In this document: positions 55,661-64,000 of the stretch, piece by piece | Layout of the letters: each line of letters opens with the position of its first letter | Position numbering within the stretch: position 1 is the stretch's first letter | NCBI GenBank assembly: GCA_965223705.1 | Contig: OZ245015.1 | Span: 96,001 to 160,000 of the forward strand | Source: Myxococcota bacterium | GTDB lineage: Bacteria > Myxococcota_A > UBA9160 > UBA6930 | Direction: 5' to 3' | Length of the DNA stretch: 64,000 nt | The notes under the pieces: model-generated | Database searches by the model: none | The model's input: the letters and a program-made list of their open reading frames with translations, nothing else | What the model was told of the DNA's origin: nothing | Translations under genes and position numbers: made by a program

Positions 55661-56068
55661 CTACGTCCAAAGACAAGCTCGCGCGAGCTCGGTGTCCATG
55701 TACTCAGTGAGCGACGCGATCTGTCCGTCTCGGAATCTCCACACTCGGCAGTATCGATTGTTGTAATCGCGTCCGTCGACGGTTCGAGCTCGACCGTCGG
55801 CCGTTTCGACCACCGTATCGCCTTCGGCGATCATCTGATGGTTCGTCATTTCGATCGCACCGTTTTCGATCTTGGCTCCGAACATCGCCTGGAGCAACTC
55901 AAGGAGCGGCGTCTTTCCGCGAACGGTGTTGCCACCGGGCGGCTGCCCGGCCAGTACGAACTCGAAGTCGTACGTCGCGTCCGCGAGGAATCCGTCGATA
56001 TCGCCGCGCCCGAGCGCAGCCACCGCCTTGCGAACGAGGTCTTTGTTTCCCGCCTCGGGCCTGCTCAA
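55661..56068 (-). CDS. SnoaL/NTF2-like protein
   Basis: IAEGDTVV, GRDYNNRY, GQIASLTEYMDT; TTGA overlap. Confidence 0.88.
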   Translation of the reverse strand: MSRPEAGNKDLVRKAVAALGRGDIDGFLADATYDFEFVLAGQPPGGNTVRGKTPLLELLQAMFGAKIENGAIEMTNHQMIAEGDTVVETADGRARTVDGRDYNNRYCRVWRFRDGQIASLTEYMDTELARACLWT

Positions 56069-56526
56069 TTTTTGTCTCCTTTCGCGCGCCTCGATCTCGC
56101 GGTGAGCACGGCGAAGGCCCAACCGGCTTTGCGGTATGGGCCGAGAATTTCGACGACTTTTTGGAGGGGACGCGGGAACGATTTAGGAACCCGAAAGCGT
56201 TTGCCCTCGTGAATCACGAACGCGCGGGCTTCGCGCGCGCGGCCGCCCAACCAAAACCGCACCTTGGGCTCCGCCGCCGCATTGAGAACCCACTTCGATC
56301 GAGCGCCCCGTGCTGTTGCAACCAAGACATACTTTCCGACGCGGGTCGCGACGAGCGGAGTCCGGTACAGGCGCCCCGATTTCCGCCCTTTTGTCTCGAG
56401 CACAATGAGGCCTCCGGGAGCCAACCTCGGCGAACCGATCCCCGCGCGGACCAACGGCTCAATGACGCGATTGAGCGTGCGGAAAAATTCCCGCTCGATT
56501 GAGTTGCGAAGATCCCGTAGCGCCAC
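56065..56526 (-). CDS. Ddn-like deazaflavin-dependent nitroreductase family protein
   Basis: LETKGRKSGRLYRTPL, WVLN. Confidence 0.85.
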   Translation of the reverse strand: MALRDLRNSIEREFFRTLNRVIEPLVRAGIGSPRLAPGGLIVLETKGRKSGRLYRTPLVATRVGKYVLVATARGARSKWVLNAAAEPKVRFWLGGRAREARAFVIHEGKRFRVPKSFPRPLQKVVEILGPYRKAGWAFAVLTARSRRAKGDKN

Positions 56527-56838
56527 TCAGCGCTCCATCGGGTCGATGGCGCGGATCCTCGCGACGAAGGCGGCGATCTCACGCTCCGCATAAGACAGGT
56601 ACACGCGCTTGCCCGATGCCGGTCGTTTCGCCAGGGAAAGGCCCGGCCGCCACTCGCTTTTTGGGCGAACAGGGCGGGGCCGGAAGCCGCCGCCGCAGTT
56701 CGGACAAACATTATGCAATTTGTCGTCCACGCACGCCGCGCAGAACGTGCACTCATAGGAGCAGATGCGGGCGTCGCTCGCATCCGGCGGCAGATCCCGA
56801 TCGCAGTATTCGCAATTCGGCCTGAGTTCTAGCGCCAT
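56527..56838 (-). CDS. DUF1272 domain protein
   Basis: LELRPNCEYC, ICSYECTFC, CPNCGG. Confidence 0.92.
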   Translation of the reverse strand: MALELRPNCEYCDRDLPPDASDARICSYECTFCAACVDDKLHNVCPNCGGGFRPRPVRPKSEWRPGLSLAKRPASGKRVYLSYAEREIAAFVARIRAIDPMER

Positions 56839-56839
56839 C

Positions 56840-57808
56840 TTACGTGCGCAGACTTGCGAGAAAACGCAGGATCGCTGCGTTGGTTTCGGCGGGTCTCTCC
56901 ATCTGCACCCAGTGGCCGGCCCCTTCGATGATCTCGATGAAGCGCAGATCGTCGAAGAACGGTTCGAAGTGACTGCGCCAATCCGCGTCGATCATGAGAG
57001 CGATGTCCTGCGCGCCCGCGGCAAAGGCGGCGGGGCGCCGAAACCGCTTGCCCTCGAGCTCGGGCGTGCTGGCGTTGTTGGTCGGGATGTTTCGGTACCA
57101 GCTGTTGGGCCCGTGGAAGCCGCTCTTCTCATATTGGGCGACATAGAATTCGAGATCTTTTTGCGTGAGCCAAGGCGGGAGCTTCTCAGGCGGGGGGAAC
57201 ACTTCGCGGAAGCTCGCCGTGGCTGGAGACTCGATCTGCTTCAGGAACGTTCCCGTCGGCGCCTGTGCACCGAGGGCGTAGTAGATCCCCGAGAGTGAGC
57301 CTTCGATATCGGCCTCGAGGTCCGCTTCCGCGAGACCCGGCGTCTGAAACAGCCGCGCGTACCAAAACCCGTCTTCGGGGGGGTCGACGAATGCGGGATT
57401 GAGACGCCAGAAAGGCACGGAGAGCCCCATGATGGCGGTGCAGACATCGTCGTGAAGGAGCGCGGTGTTCCAGGCGGCGATGCAACCCCAGTCGTGCCCG
57501 ATCAGCGTGAACTCGTCGTAGCCGAGCGCCTGCGAGAGCCCGACGACGTCGGCGGCGAGCTCGCGAATGTTGTAGGCCGCGATATCCCGCGGCGCCGTGC
57601 TCCCGCCGTAGCCTCGCTGGTTCGGAACTGCGACACGAAAGCCCGCATTCGCGATGGCATCGATCTGGTGGCGCCAGAGATACCAACACTGTGGCCAGCC
57701 GTGTAGAAGGATGACCAGCGGTCCGTCGCCCTCGACCACCGTTTCGAGGGTGACCCCGTTCGTTTCAATTCGCTGAAGTTCCCGCGGCTTCGCCGACACG
57801 TTGTCCAT
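56840..57808 (-). CDS. Epoxide hydrolase-like alpha/beta hydrolase
   Basis: HGWP, RGYG, GHDWG (Asp nucleophile), WYRN, GHWVQME. Confidence 0.92.
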   Translation of the reverse strand: MDNVSAKPRELQRIETNGVTLETVVEGDGPLVILLHGWPQCWYLWRHQIDAIANAGFRVAVPNQRGYGGSTAPRDIAAYNIRELAADVVGLSQALGYDEFTLIGHDWGCIAAWNTALLHDDVCTAIMGLSVPFWRLNPAFVDPPEDGFWYARLFQTPGLAEADLEADIEGSLSGIYYALGAQAPTGTFLKQIESPATASFREVFPPPEKLPPWLTQKDLEFYVAQYEKSGFHGPNSWYRNIPTNNASTPELEGKRFRRPAAFAAGAQDIALMIDADWRSHFEPFFDDLRFIEIIEGAGHWVQMERPAETNAAILRFLASLRT

Positions 57809-57850
57809 GCCTCCCATGATAGGCTGAATCGCAGAAACGAGGAGCACCGG

Positions 57851-59143
57851 ATGAACCACACGACCGATTTCAACGCGATGCTCCGCGCGATGCGCGGGGT
57901 CGACGGAACGGCTTTCGAGGTGCGCGCAGAAGCGGCGCCCTACGCGGAGTTCGAGGCGTCCGAGTACGCGACGCGCTACGCGCGCGCCGTGCGGTTGATG
58001 GAAGAGCGCGAGATCGACGCCTTGCTCCTCACCCATGAGCTCAACGTTCGGTATTTCTCGGGCTACCTGACGATTCTGTGGGAATCCCGCTTCCGTTCGC
58101 TGATGTTGCTTCTGCCGCGCGATCCGTCCTTGGGGCCGACACTGATCGTCCCCGGGCAGGAGACGGGAAACGCCGTAGGAACGTCTTGGGTTCCGGATCG
58201 CGTGATCTACCCGGATCAGGAGAACCCGATCCCGTTCGCGGTGGGTGCGCTCCGGGACAAGGGGTTGGCCAATGCCCGTGTCGGCATGGAACTCGGCTTC
58301 GGGCAGCGTCTGGGAATGACGCAGGAAGACTTCGATGCGCTGCGCAACGGCCTTCCGGAAGCGACGATTGAGAGCGCCACTGAGTTAATCCAAGCGGTTC
58401 GGATGCTGAAGTCTCCCGCCGAGGTCGAGCGGGTGCGGCGTGCGTGTGAGATCTCCCAAGTTGCGGTTCGCGAGGGGTTCGGTGCACTTCGCGAAGGGAT
58501 GACCGAGAAGGAACTCGGCGCCGTGCTGGGCGCTGCGATGTTTCGCGAAGGGGCGGAGCTGAGCTCGCGCCCGAGCTTTCTCACGGTGTCGAGCTACCCC
58601 GGACGCCCGATGATGGTGAACTCGTTGGCGAGCGACTACGCGATTCAGCGTGGTGACATGGTGATGCTCGACGGAGGAGCGACCCACGGCGGCTACGCCA
58701 CGGATTTCATCCGGCAAGCGTGTCTCGGCGAGCCCACCGACGATCAACGGCGTTGGTTCGACATCTGCATCGAAGCCAACGATGCGTGTATTACCGCGGT
58801 CGGTCCCGGCGCGACCGGCGCCGACGTCTACGAAGCGGGTCTTGCCGTCTTCGAGCGCCACGGGCTGGCAAAGTACAACCTGATCAACATCGTGGGGCAC
58901 GGGACCGGCATGGAAGTGCACGAGCTGCCGTGGCTCGGTGAACGCGATGTGGTCTACAGCTCGGACACGCGTCTCGAACCGGGCATGGTCCTCTGCGTCG
59001 AACCCGTCATCGCCGGGATGGACGGTCCCGAAGCGCGGGCGGGCATCTTTATCGTCGAAGACAAGTTGCTCGTCACAGATACGGGGTGCGAAGTGCTGAC
59101 GCAATCACTCTCAAAGGATCTGTGGGTCCAGCCGACGCACTAG
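57851..59143 (+). CDS. Xaa-Pro peptidase family (M24) protein
   Basis: RMLKSPAE, DGG....YATD, GHGTG..HE, VEP, VED metal ligands. Confidence 0.92.
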   Translation: MNHTTDFNAMLRAMRGVDGTAFEVRAEAAPYAEFEASEYATRYARAVRLMEEREIDALLLTHELNVRYFSGYLTILWESRFRSLMLLLPRDPSLGPTLIVPGQETGNAVGTSWVPDRVIYPDQENPIPFAVGALRDKGLANARVGMELGFGQRLGMTQEDFDALRNGLPEATIESATELIQAVRMLKSPAEVERVRRACEISQVAVREGFGALREGMTEKELGAVLGAAMFREGAELSSRPSFLTVSSYPGRPMMVNSLASDYAIQRGDMVMLDGGATHGGYATDFIRQACLGEPTDDQRRWFDICIEANDACITAVGPGATGADVYEAGLAVFERHGLAKYNLINIVGHGTGMEVHELPWLGERDVVYSSDTRLEPGMVLCVEPVIAGMDGPEARAGIFIVEDKLLVTDTGCEVLTQSLSKDLWVQPTH

Positions 59144-59481
59144 CCGAGCCACACCTTCGCGATCGCACGGTGGGCGAAGAACCCAACCGGCAACGCTGCA
59201 CAGCCAAAAGCATATGCCTGCCAGAAAGATAGGTTCAGCCGATCGGCCAGCAGAAACGGTACGAAAAACATGAGGCTGATCGGAATCGCGACGAAGATGC
59301 TCTGGGCGAGATGAATCGACGCTTCCGCGCTTCCGTGCTCCCGAAACGAGAGCGGAAGAACGAGCATCGTGGCCACCGGCAGCGCGACGAAAAAGCCCGC
59401 AAGGGATGGAAGCCGACCCGAAAGCCACGATGCGAAGCTGATGACCACGGCGGAAACAATCACGTTGAGCACAAAGGTCAC
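59140..59481 (-). CDS. Small membrane protein (DUF3147-like)
   Basis: LAGFFVALP motif; four TM helices. Confidence 0.65.
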   Translation of the reverse strand: MTFVLNVIVSAVVISFASWLSGRLPSLAGFFVALPVATMLVLPLSFREHGSAEASIHLAQSIFVAIPISLMFFVPFLLADRLNLSFWQAYAFGCAALPVGFFAHRAIAKVWLG

Positions 59482-59555
59482 GAAACGGCGCCCCCACGAT
59501 TTCGTAGTAAGGGAAAGATTAACGAACTAAGATCGCGGATCGGAGGGAGCGAACG

Positions 59556-59975
59556 ATGTCCAAGACCATGGAAGCCAACGCCAAAGCCTTCTTCGAAGCG
59601 TGCGAGACGGGGAAAGGTTGGGAGAGCTGCAAGCTCTACTGCCATCCGGACGCCAGCTTTCGTGCTCAGTCCGAGCCGCTACTCGAGGTCAGGTCCCTCG
59701 AGGCTTATGCCGACTGGATGAAGGCGCTCGTGGGCTTCATGCCCGACGCCGGCTACGACCTCAAATCCTGGGCGGTCGACGCCGATCGCCAGAATGTTTC
59801 CGCCTATGCGATCTTCTCCGGAACGCACACCGGAGAAGGGGGACCTTGCCCGCCCACGGGCAAAGAGACAAAGACCGACTACGTGTACGTCATGTTCTTC
59901 GAAGGCGACAAGATCAAGCACATGACGAAGATCTGGCACTCGGGCCTGGCGATGCAGGAGCTCGGCTGGGCCTAG
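59556..59975 (+). CDS. Ester cyclase / SnoaL-like polyketide cyclase family protein
   Basis: FSGTHTG.G.P.PPTGK, KIW; GGAGGGAG RBS. Confidence 0.88.
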   Translation: MSKTMEANAKAFFEACETGKGWESCKLYCHPDASFRAQSEPLLEVRSLEAYADWMKALVGFMPDAGYDLKSWAVDADRQNVSAYAIFSGTHTGEGGPCPPTGKETKTDYVYVMFFEGDKIKHMTKIWHSGLAMQELGWA

Positions 59976-59980
59976 GCAAG

Positions 59981-60820
59981 TCACTCGGCTTCGGGCGACG
60001 GGCGAGCAATTGGCGGCAATAGAATTTGCGCCTGCTGGCAATAAGCGATCTCCACGCCGCCGTCGCCCAAGAACACCGCGTCGCTCGTCGACCACCATTT
60101 CCCCTTGCGTTCAACATTGTCGATCCAATGGCCGGCGAGCGTGATGCTCTCCGGCGCACGCATCGCACGCAGGTGCTGAACGCGACCGGTGGTGTGGATA
60201 CCGGCGGCGAATCGATACGAGTGTCGGATCAGCAACGTCATCTGTCCCGGCACCCACGAGGGATGGACCCAAGGCGTTGCTCCCTCGTGGTAACGAGGAT
60301 GTTCGTCGCCGAGGCGCTCCGAAGCCCAAGCGCGCGCTTCGTCGGCGGATAGCGCGAGCGACATCGGCGGATAGTCGACGTCGACCGGTGCTTGTTCGGG
60401 CATCAGCAACGGCCGGTCCGTCGCAGGGGGAACAGGCTCGCGACGCACGGGCAACTGCCACTCATCATGCCAAGGGCCCTCGCCGAGACCAGCCCGCCCT
60501 TCAGTGGTGACCTTCCCTTGCTCATTGACCTGCGAAAAGGAGCACGCGGCGTCTCCGTCGCGGGTCGCCGTCGTCTCGAGCCGGTCACCGACGAACACGG
60601 GCCGTCGCAACACGAAATCGGCCCACCCTTTGTCGAGCCACCCCTCTCCCAACAAACCGATCAGGGACGCAGCCGCCCACCCGTACGAGGAGAACCCCGC
60701 CACGATCGGTCGCTCGTAACCGTACGCGGCCGAGCCGCCGGGGGCGTGTACCGGGTTCGAGGCCTGGATGTCCGGCGGGTCTTCGATCGCCACCGCTTCA
60801 GTCTTAACGGCTTCGCTCAT
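59981..60820 (-). CDS. Double hotdog-fold (MaoC-like) protein
   Basis: NPVH...A..YG...PIVAG MaoC motif, RPVFVGD, second half D.HP.Y...VHP. Confidence 0.7.
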   Translation of the reverse strand: MSEAVKTEAVAIEDPPDIQASNPVHAPGGSAAYGYERPIVAGFSSYGWAAASLIGLLGEGWLDKGWADFVLRRPVFVGDRLETTATRDGDAACSFSQVNEQGKVTTEGRAGLGEGPWHDEWQLPVRREPVPPATDRPLLMPEQAPVDVDYPPMSLALSADEARAWASERLGDEHPRYHEGATPWVHPSWVPGQMTLLIRHSYRFAAGIHTTGRVQHLRAMRAPESITLAGHWIDNVERKGKWWSTSDAVFLGDGGVEIAYCQQAQILLPPIARPSPEAE

Positions 60821-60890
60821 CGCACTAAGACGCGCACTCGAGTGCCGACATCGGCATGGACTACTCCTCTTTCGCCGCAGCGAGCCCCGA

Positions 60891-61208
60891 CTACGGGTCG
60901 GACGCCCTCTCGGGGCCCTCGTACGGTACAAGCTCCACGCGGGAATTGCCGTGCCAGATGATGAGTGCGAGCAGGACGTAGCTTGCAGCCGCATACGGGA
61001 ACCAGCGGACCCCCTGGAAGTACATGGATACCGTGAAGAAGAGCGAAGCCGCAGCAATCAATAGCGCCCGCAACTGCCGCCTTTTCGTACCCGCATCGAC
61101 CGTGAATGACTTCCCACAACGCGGACACAGCCGGAAAGTCGCGAACATCGAAGGGTGAGGAAGTTTCCTCAGGACGACGGTTTCGCGGCAGTGAGGACAG
61201 CTAAGCAT
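60891..61208 (-). CDS. Small Zn-ribbon membrane protein
   Basis: CPHC...CPRC followed by two TM helices. Confidence 0.6.
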   Translation of the reverse strand: MLSCPHCRETVVLRKLPHPSMFATFRLCPRCGKSFTVDAGTKRRQLRALLIAAASLFFTVSMYFQGVRWFPYAAASYVLLALIIWHGNSRVELVPYEGPERASDP

Positions 61209-61221
61209 TTCCGACGATCAC

Positions 61222-62574
61222 CTAGCGGACATCCCGACGGTTCAAGAAGGCTTCCGTCTCGCGCACCACAACGCCGGCGAGAAGCAGCAAGCCCACGAGG
61301 TTCGGAAGCGCCATCAAGCCGTTCATGAGATCGGAAAAGGTCCAGACGAACTCCAGCGTGTCGATGGCGCCCCAGAACACCGCGCCGACGAACAGCACGC
61401 GGTAGGGGAGCACTGCGCGAGCACCGAACATGTACGCGATACTCCGGCCCCCGTAGTAGCCCCAACCGAGGATGGTCGAGAACGCGAACAAAGGCAGCGC
61501 GAGCGCGATGATCCCCTTCCCGAGTGCGTCGGGGAATGCGCTCGAGAACGCGAGTTGAGTCAGCGCCGCGCCGTTTTCTCCCTCGCTCCAGGCGCCGCTC
61601 GCGATGATCGCCAAACCGGTGAAGGAGCACACGATGATGGTGTCGATGAACGTCTGGGTCATCGACACGAGGCCTTGACTTGCCGGCTCGTGCGTTTGCG
61701 CCGCCGCTGCCGCGATCCCGGCGGAACCCAGACCGGACTCGTTCGAGAAGATCCCACGCGCGACACCGAAGCGAATCGCTTGACTGAGCGCGGCACCGGT
61801 GAAGCCGCCGGTGGCTGCTGTCCCGGTGAAGGCGTCGCTAAAAACGAGCGCAAACGCCGCTGGAATCGCTTCGGCGTGCGCTGCCAACACGACCGTACAC
61901 GCCAGCAAGTAGAACGCGATCATGGCCGGCACGAGGAAGCTGCTGACCTTTCCGATCGATCGAATCCCTCCGAACAGTACAGCCGCTAGCGCGACGACCA
62001 ACGAGAGCCCGGAGACCGCAGGCGGTACGGAGAAGGCGTTCTCGAGCGCCGCTGAGACCGAGTTGGCTTGCACCATATTGCCGATACCGAACGCCGCGAC
62101 CGCGGTGAAGAGCGCGTAGCAAACGGCGAGAGACTTCCCCAGAAAGCGCCAACGCAGACCTCGCTCGAGGAAGTACATCGGGCCGCCCGCTTGATCGCCG
62201 CGTTCATCGACGATGCGGTATTTGACGGACAACACCGCCTCGCTGTACTTCGTCGCCATCCCGACGAGTCCCGTAACCCACATCCAGAACAGCGCTCCCG
62301 GGCCTCCCAACGCGATCGCGGTGGCGACCCCCACGATGTTGCCCGTGCCCACCGTGGCTGCGAGCGCCGTCATCAGCGATTGGAAGTGGCTGACGTCGCC
62401 CTCGGCGCCGGGCTCGCGGCGCGTGATCAAAGCGAGATAGAGCGCCGGACCGAGTTGCGTGAACTGCAAACCGCGGAGCCGTACGGTGAGAACGACGCCC
62501 GTCGCGAGAAGCAAGGGAATGAGAAGCCACGGCCCCCAGACGAAACCGGCAGCGGTCTTCAGAAGCTCTGTCAT
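61222..62574 (-). CDS. Alanine/glycine:cation symporter (AlsT/AgcS family)
   Basis: [51 protein letters not shown]. Confidence 0.96.
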   Translation of the reverse strand: MTELLKTAAGFVWGPWLLIPLLLATGVVLTVRLRGLQFTQLGPALYLALITRREPGAEGDVSHFQSLMTALAATVGTGNIVGVATAIALGGPGALFWMWVTGLVGMATKYSEAVLSVKYRIVDERGDQAGGPMYFLERGLRWRFLGKSLAVCYALFTAVAAFGIGNMVQANSVSAALENAFSVPPAVSGLSLVVALAAVLFGGIRSIGKVSSFLVPAMIAFYLLACTVVLAAHAEAIPAAFALVFSDAFTGTAATGGFTGAALSQAIRFGVARGIFSNESGLGSAGIAAAAAQTHEPASQGLVSMTQTFIDTIIVCSFTGLAIIASGAWSEGENGAALTQLAFSSAFPDALGKGIIALALPLFAFSTILGWGYYGGRSIAYMFGARAVLPYRVLFVGAVFWGAIDTLEFVWTFSDLMNGLMALPNLVGLLLLAGVVVRETEAFLNRRDVR

Positions 62575-62648
62575 GTGGGCCCTCCGCCGGGACGGGATCG
62601 AAAGCCTAACGAATGAGCCGCGATCGCTCGGCGAAAGACGGCCACGCG

Positions 62649-63122
62649 CTAGACGCCGACCTCGGACTCGCGAATGGGTGCGCAGCGCGAAGCCAGGGGC
62701 TCGAGCTTCTCACGGAATACCTTCCGTCGGGGGATGCGCGCAATCGCGACGAGGTGTGAACCGCACCGGCAATCCGAGGCTCCGAAGCCGGGAACCTCTT
62801 GCGCCCCAGGGAGCGAGCGTGCGGCTGACGCCCACGCACACTCGAGCCGGCGAGCGTCGGAGGTCGACCAGATGCGGACGAGGGCAGCTGCAAGCCGCAA
62901 GTGGTCGACGTGCCAGTGTGGCCGCCGCAACGGACGGAGGTGATGTCGCAGACGCGCGCGCAAGCCGCCCGGCCCGAAGGCGCTCCCTGTATAGAGATAA
63001 GTCGAAGCCGGAAAGTGGAGGGAGCCGAGGCGCCCGACCCTGACCACTCGGTCGAGCGGAAGCTCCAAGAAGAGAGCGTAGGTTCCCGTGCTCTCGGCGA
63101 CCCGCCGAAGGTCGACACCCAG
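62649..63122 (-). CDS. GIY-YIG-like DUF123 (Uri superfamily) endonuclease; start uncertain (CTG 63122?)
   Basis: [38 protein letters not shown]. Confidence 0.85.
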   Translation of the reverse strand: MGVDLRRVAESTGTYALFLELPLDRVVRVGRLGSLHFPASTYLYTGSAFGPGGLRARLRHHLRPLRRPHWHVDHLRLAAALVRIWSTSDARRLECAWASAARSLPGAQEVPGFGASDCRCGSHLVAIARIPRRKVFREKLEPLASRCAPIRESEVGV

Positions 63123-63124
63123 AT

Positions 63125-63961
63125 CTAGAGCCTCTCCGCGTGCCAACGCAGGTGATCTTCGATGAACGAAGCGATGAAGTAGTAACTGTGGTCGTGGTCT
63201 GGCTGGCGCCGGAGCTCGAGGGGAACGGCGGCGGCTTTGCACGCGCCCTCGAGGCGTTCGGGCATGAGCTGCTCCACCAAAAAGCCGTCCTCGAGACCCT
63301 GGTCGACGAAGATCGCGGGCACCCGGGCTCCGTCCTCGAGAAGCGCGCACGCATCGTACGCGCGCCACGTCGCGCGGTCGGGGCCCAAATAGTGACCCAA
63401 AGCCTTCTGGCCCCACGGACAGTGGAGCGGCGCGCAGATCGGCGCGAACGCCGAGACCGAGCGAAAGCGATCGGGGTTGCGCAACGCGATCGTCAAGGCG
63501 CCGTGCCCACCCATGGAGTGTCCGCTGATCCCGATGCGCGAGTCATCGACGGGCAATTCGGCTACGACGAGTTCCCGAAGTTCTCGCTCGATGTAGCTGC
63601 GCATTTGATAGTGACGCGACCACGGCGACTCGGTCGCGTCCACGTAGAAACCCGCGCCGAGGCCGAAGTCCCAAGCTCCGTCCGGATCGTCGGGCACCCC
63701 CTCACCCCGCGGTGACGTGTCGGGCGCGAGGATCACCACGCCGAGTTCGCTCGCGACGCGTTGCGCGCCCGCCTTCGCGGTGAAGTTTTCCTCGGTGCAA
63801 GTGAGACCCGAGAGCCAGAGCAACGTTGGCGCCGGGCCTTCGACGCTGTCGGGAACGTAGGCGGCAAATCGCATCCGACAGCCGAGCGTCTTGGAGTCGT
63901 GGGAGTAGGTGTACTGCGTGCCGGCGAAGCAGCGGTTCGCTGACTCGATGGTGATGGACAT
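63125..63961 (-). CDS. fghA: S-formylglutathione hydrolase
   Basis: WLSGLTCT..NF, DFGLGAGFY, GHSMGGHGA, DHSYYFI. Confidence 0.95.
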   Translation of the reverse strand: MSITIESANRCFAGTQYTYSHDSKTLGCRMRFAAYVPDSVEGPAPTLLWLSGLTCTEENFTAKAGAQRVASELGVVILAPDTSPRGEGVPDDPDGAWDFGLGAGFYVDATESPWSRHYQMRSYIERELRELVVAELPVDDSRIGISGHSMGGHGALTIALRNPDRFRSVSAFAPICAPLHCPWGQKALGHYLGPDRATWRAYDACALLEDGARVPAIFVDQGLEDGFLVEQLMPERLEGACKAAAVPLELRRQPDHDHSYYFIASFIEDHLRWHAERL

Positions 63962-64000
63962 TGTTGAGGGACGGCGCTTCACTTGGGGATCAGGTGACAT

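Noticed and set aside
62575..62648. Glycine riboswitch upstream of the alanine/glycine symporter
   Set aside because: Only 74 nt are available and no aptamer consensus is visible; a simple TAGGCT -10 and GGAGG RBS suffice.
62649..63122. GIY-YIG gene as a homing endonuclease or mobile element
   Set aside because: It matches the cellular DUF123 type; no intron, terminal repeats or target duplication were seen.
1..64000. Global UGA reassignment (genetic code 4 or 25)
   Set aside because: Many genes end correctly at TGA, including GTGA/ATGA/TTGA coupled overlaps; only two TGAs interrupt domains.
1..64000. CRISPR arrays, rRNA/tRNA genes (including selC), transposases, prophage genes
   Set aside because: None recognised; intergenic gaps are short and no repeat-spacer pattern or cloverleaf was seen by eye.

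Overview
A gene-dense, high-GC bacterial chromosomal window with about 87 protein-coding genes. I saw no rRNA, tRNA, CRISPR array or mobile element. The content (PilZ protein, PEP-CTERM protein, LLM/F420-type oxidoreductases, CaiB CoA-transferases, SnoaL/NTF2 proteins, STAND ATPases) suggests an uncultured Myxococcota/deltaproteobacterium-like organism; this is inference only. Most genes encode accessory redox, detoxification and catabolic functions. The main result is two genes that the ORF track truncates at in-frame TGA codons and that look like selenoproteins. (1) A DedA/VTT-rhodanese fusion (49466..50428, +) whose rhodanese active-site loop reads C-T-U-P. (2) A stand-alone GrdB/PrdB-like protein (53774..54607, -) with an atypical U-P-L-D-H motif. 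Each TGA is followed by a bacterial SECIS-like hairpin, and each reading frame continues in conserved-looking sequence to a stop that overlaps the stop of the convergent neighbour. The two genes flank a SAM methyltransferase, a PhyH dioxygenase, an ArsN2-like acetyltransferase and MscS. They lie directly downstream of a divergent pair of STAND ATPases (cyclase-STAND and wHTH-STAND) separated by 11-bp-periodic direct repeats. Other points: an ArsI/CadI-SigZ-like ECF sigma pair beside a Tat-exported copper storage protein; membrane-anchored Ddn-like proteins, one fused to a cupin; recurrent leaderless-type promoters; and possible CTG starts. Start codons were adjusted by eye and no database searches were run.
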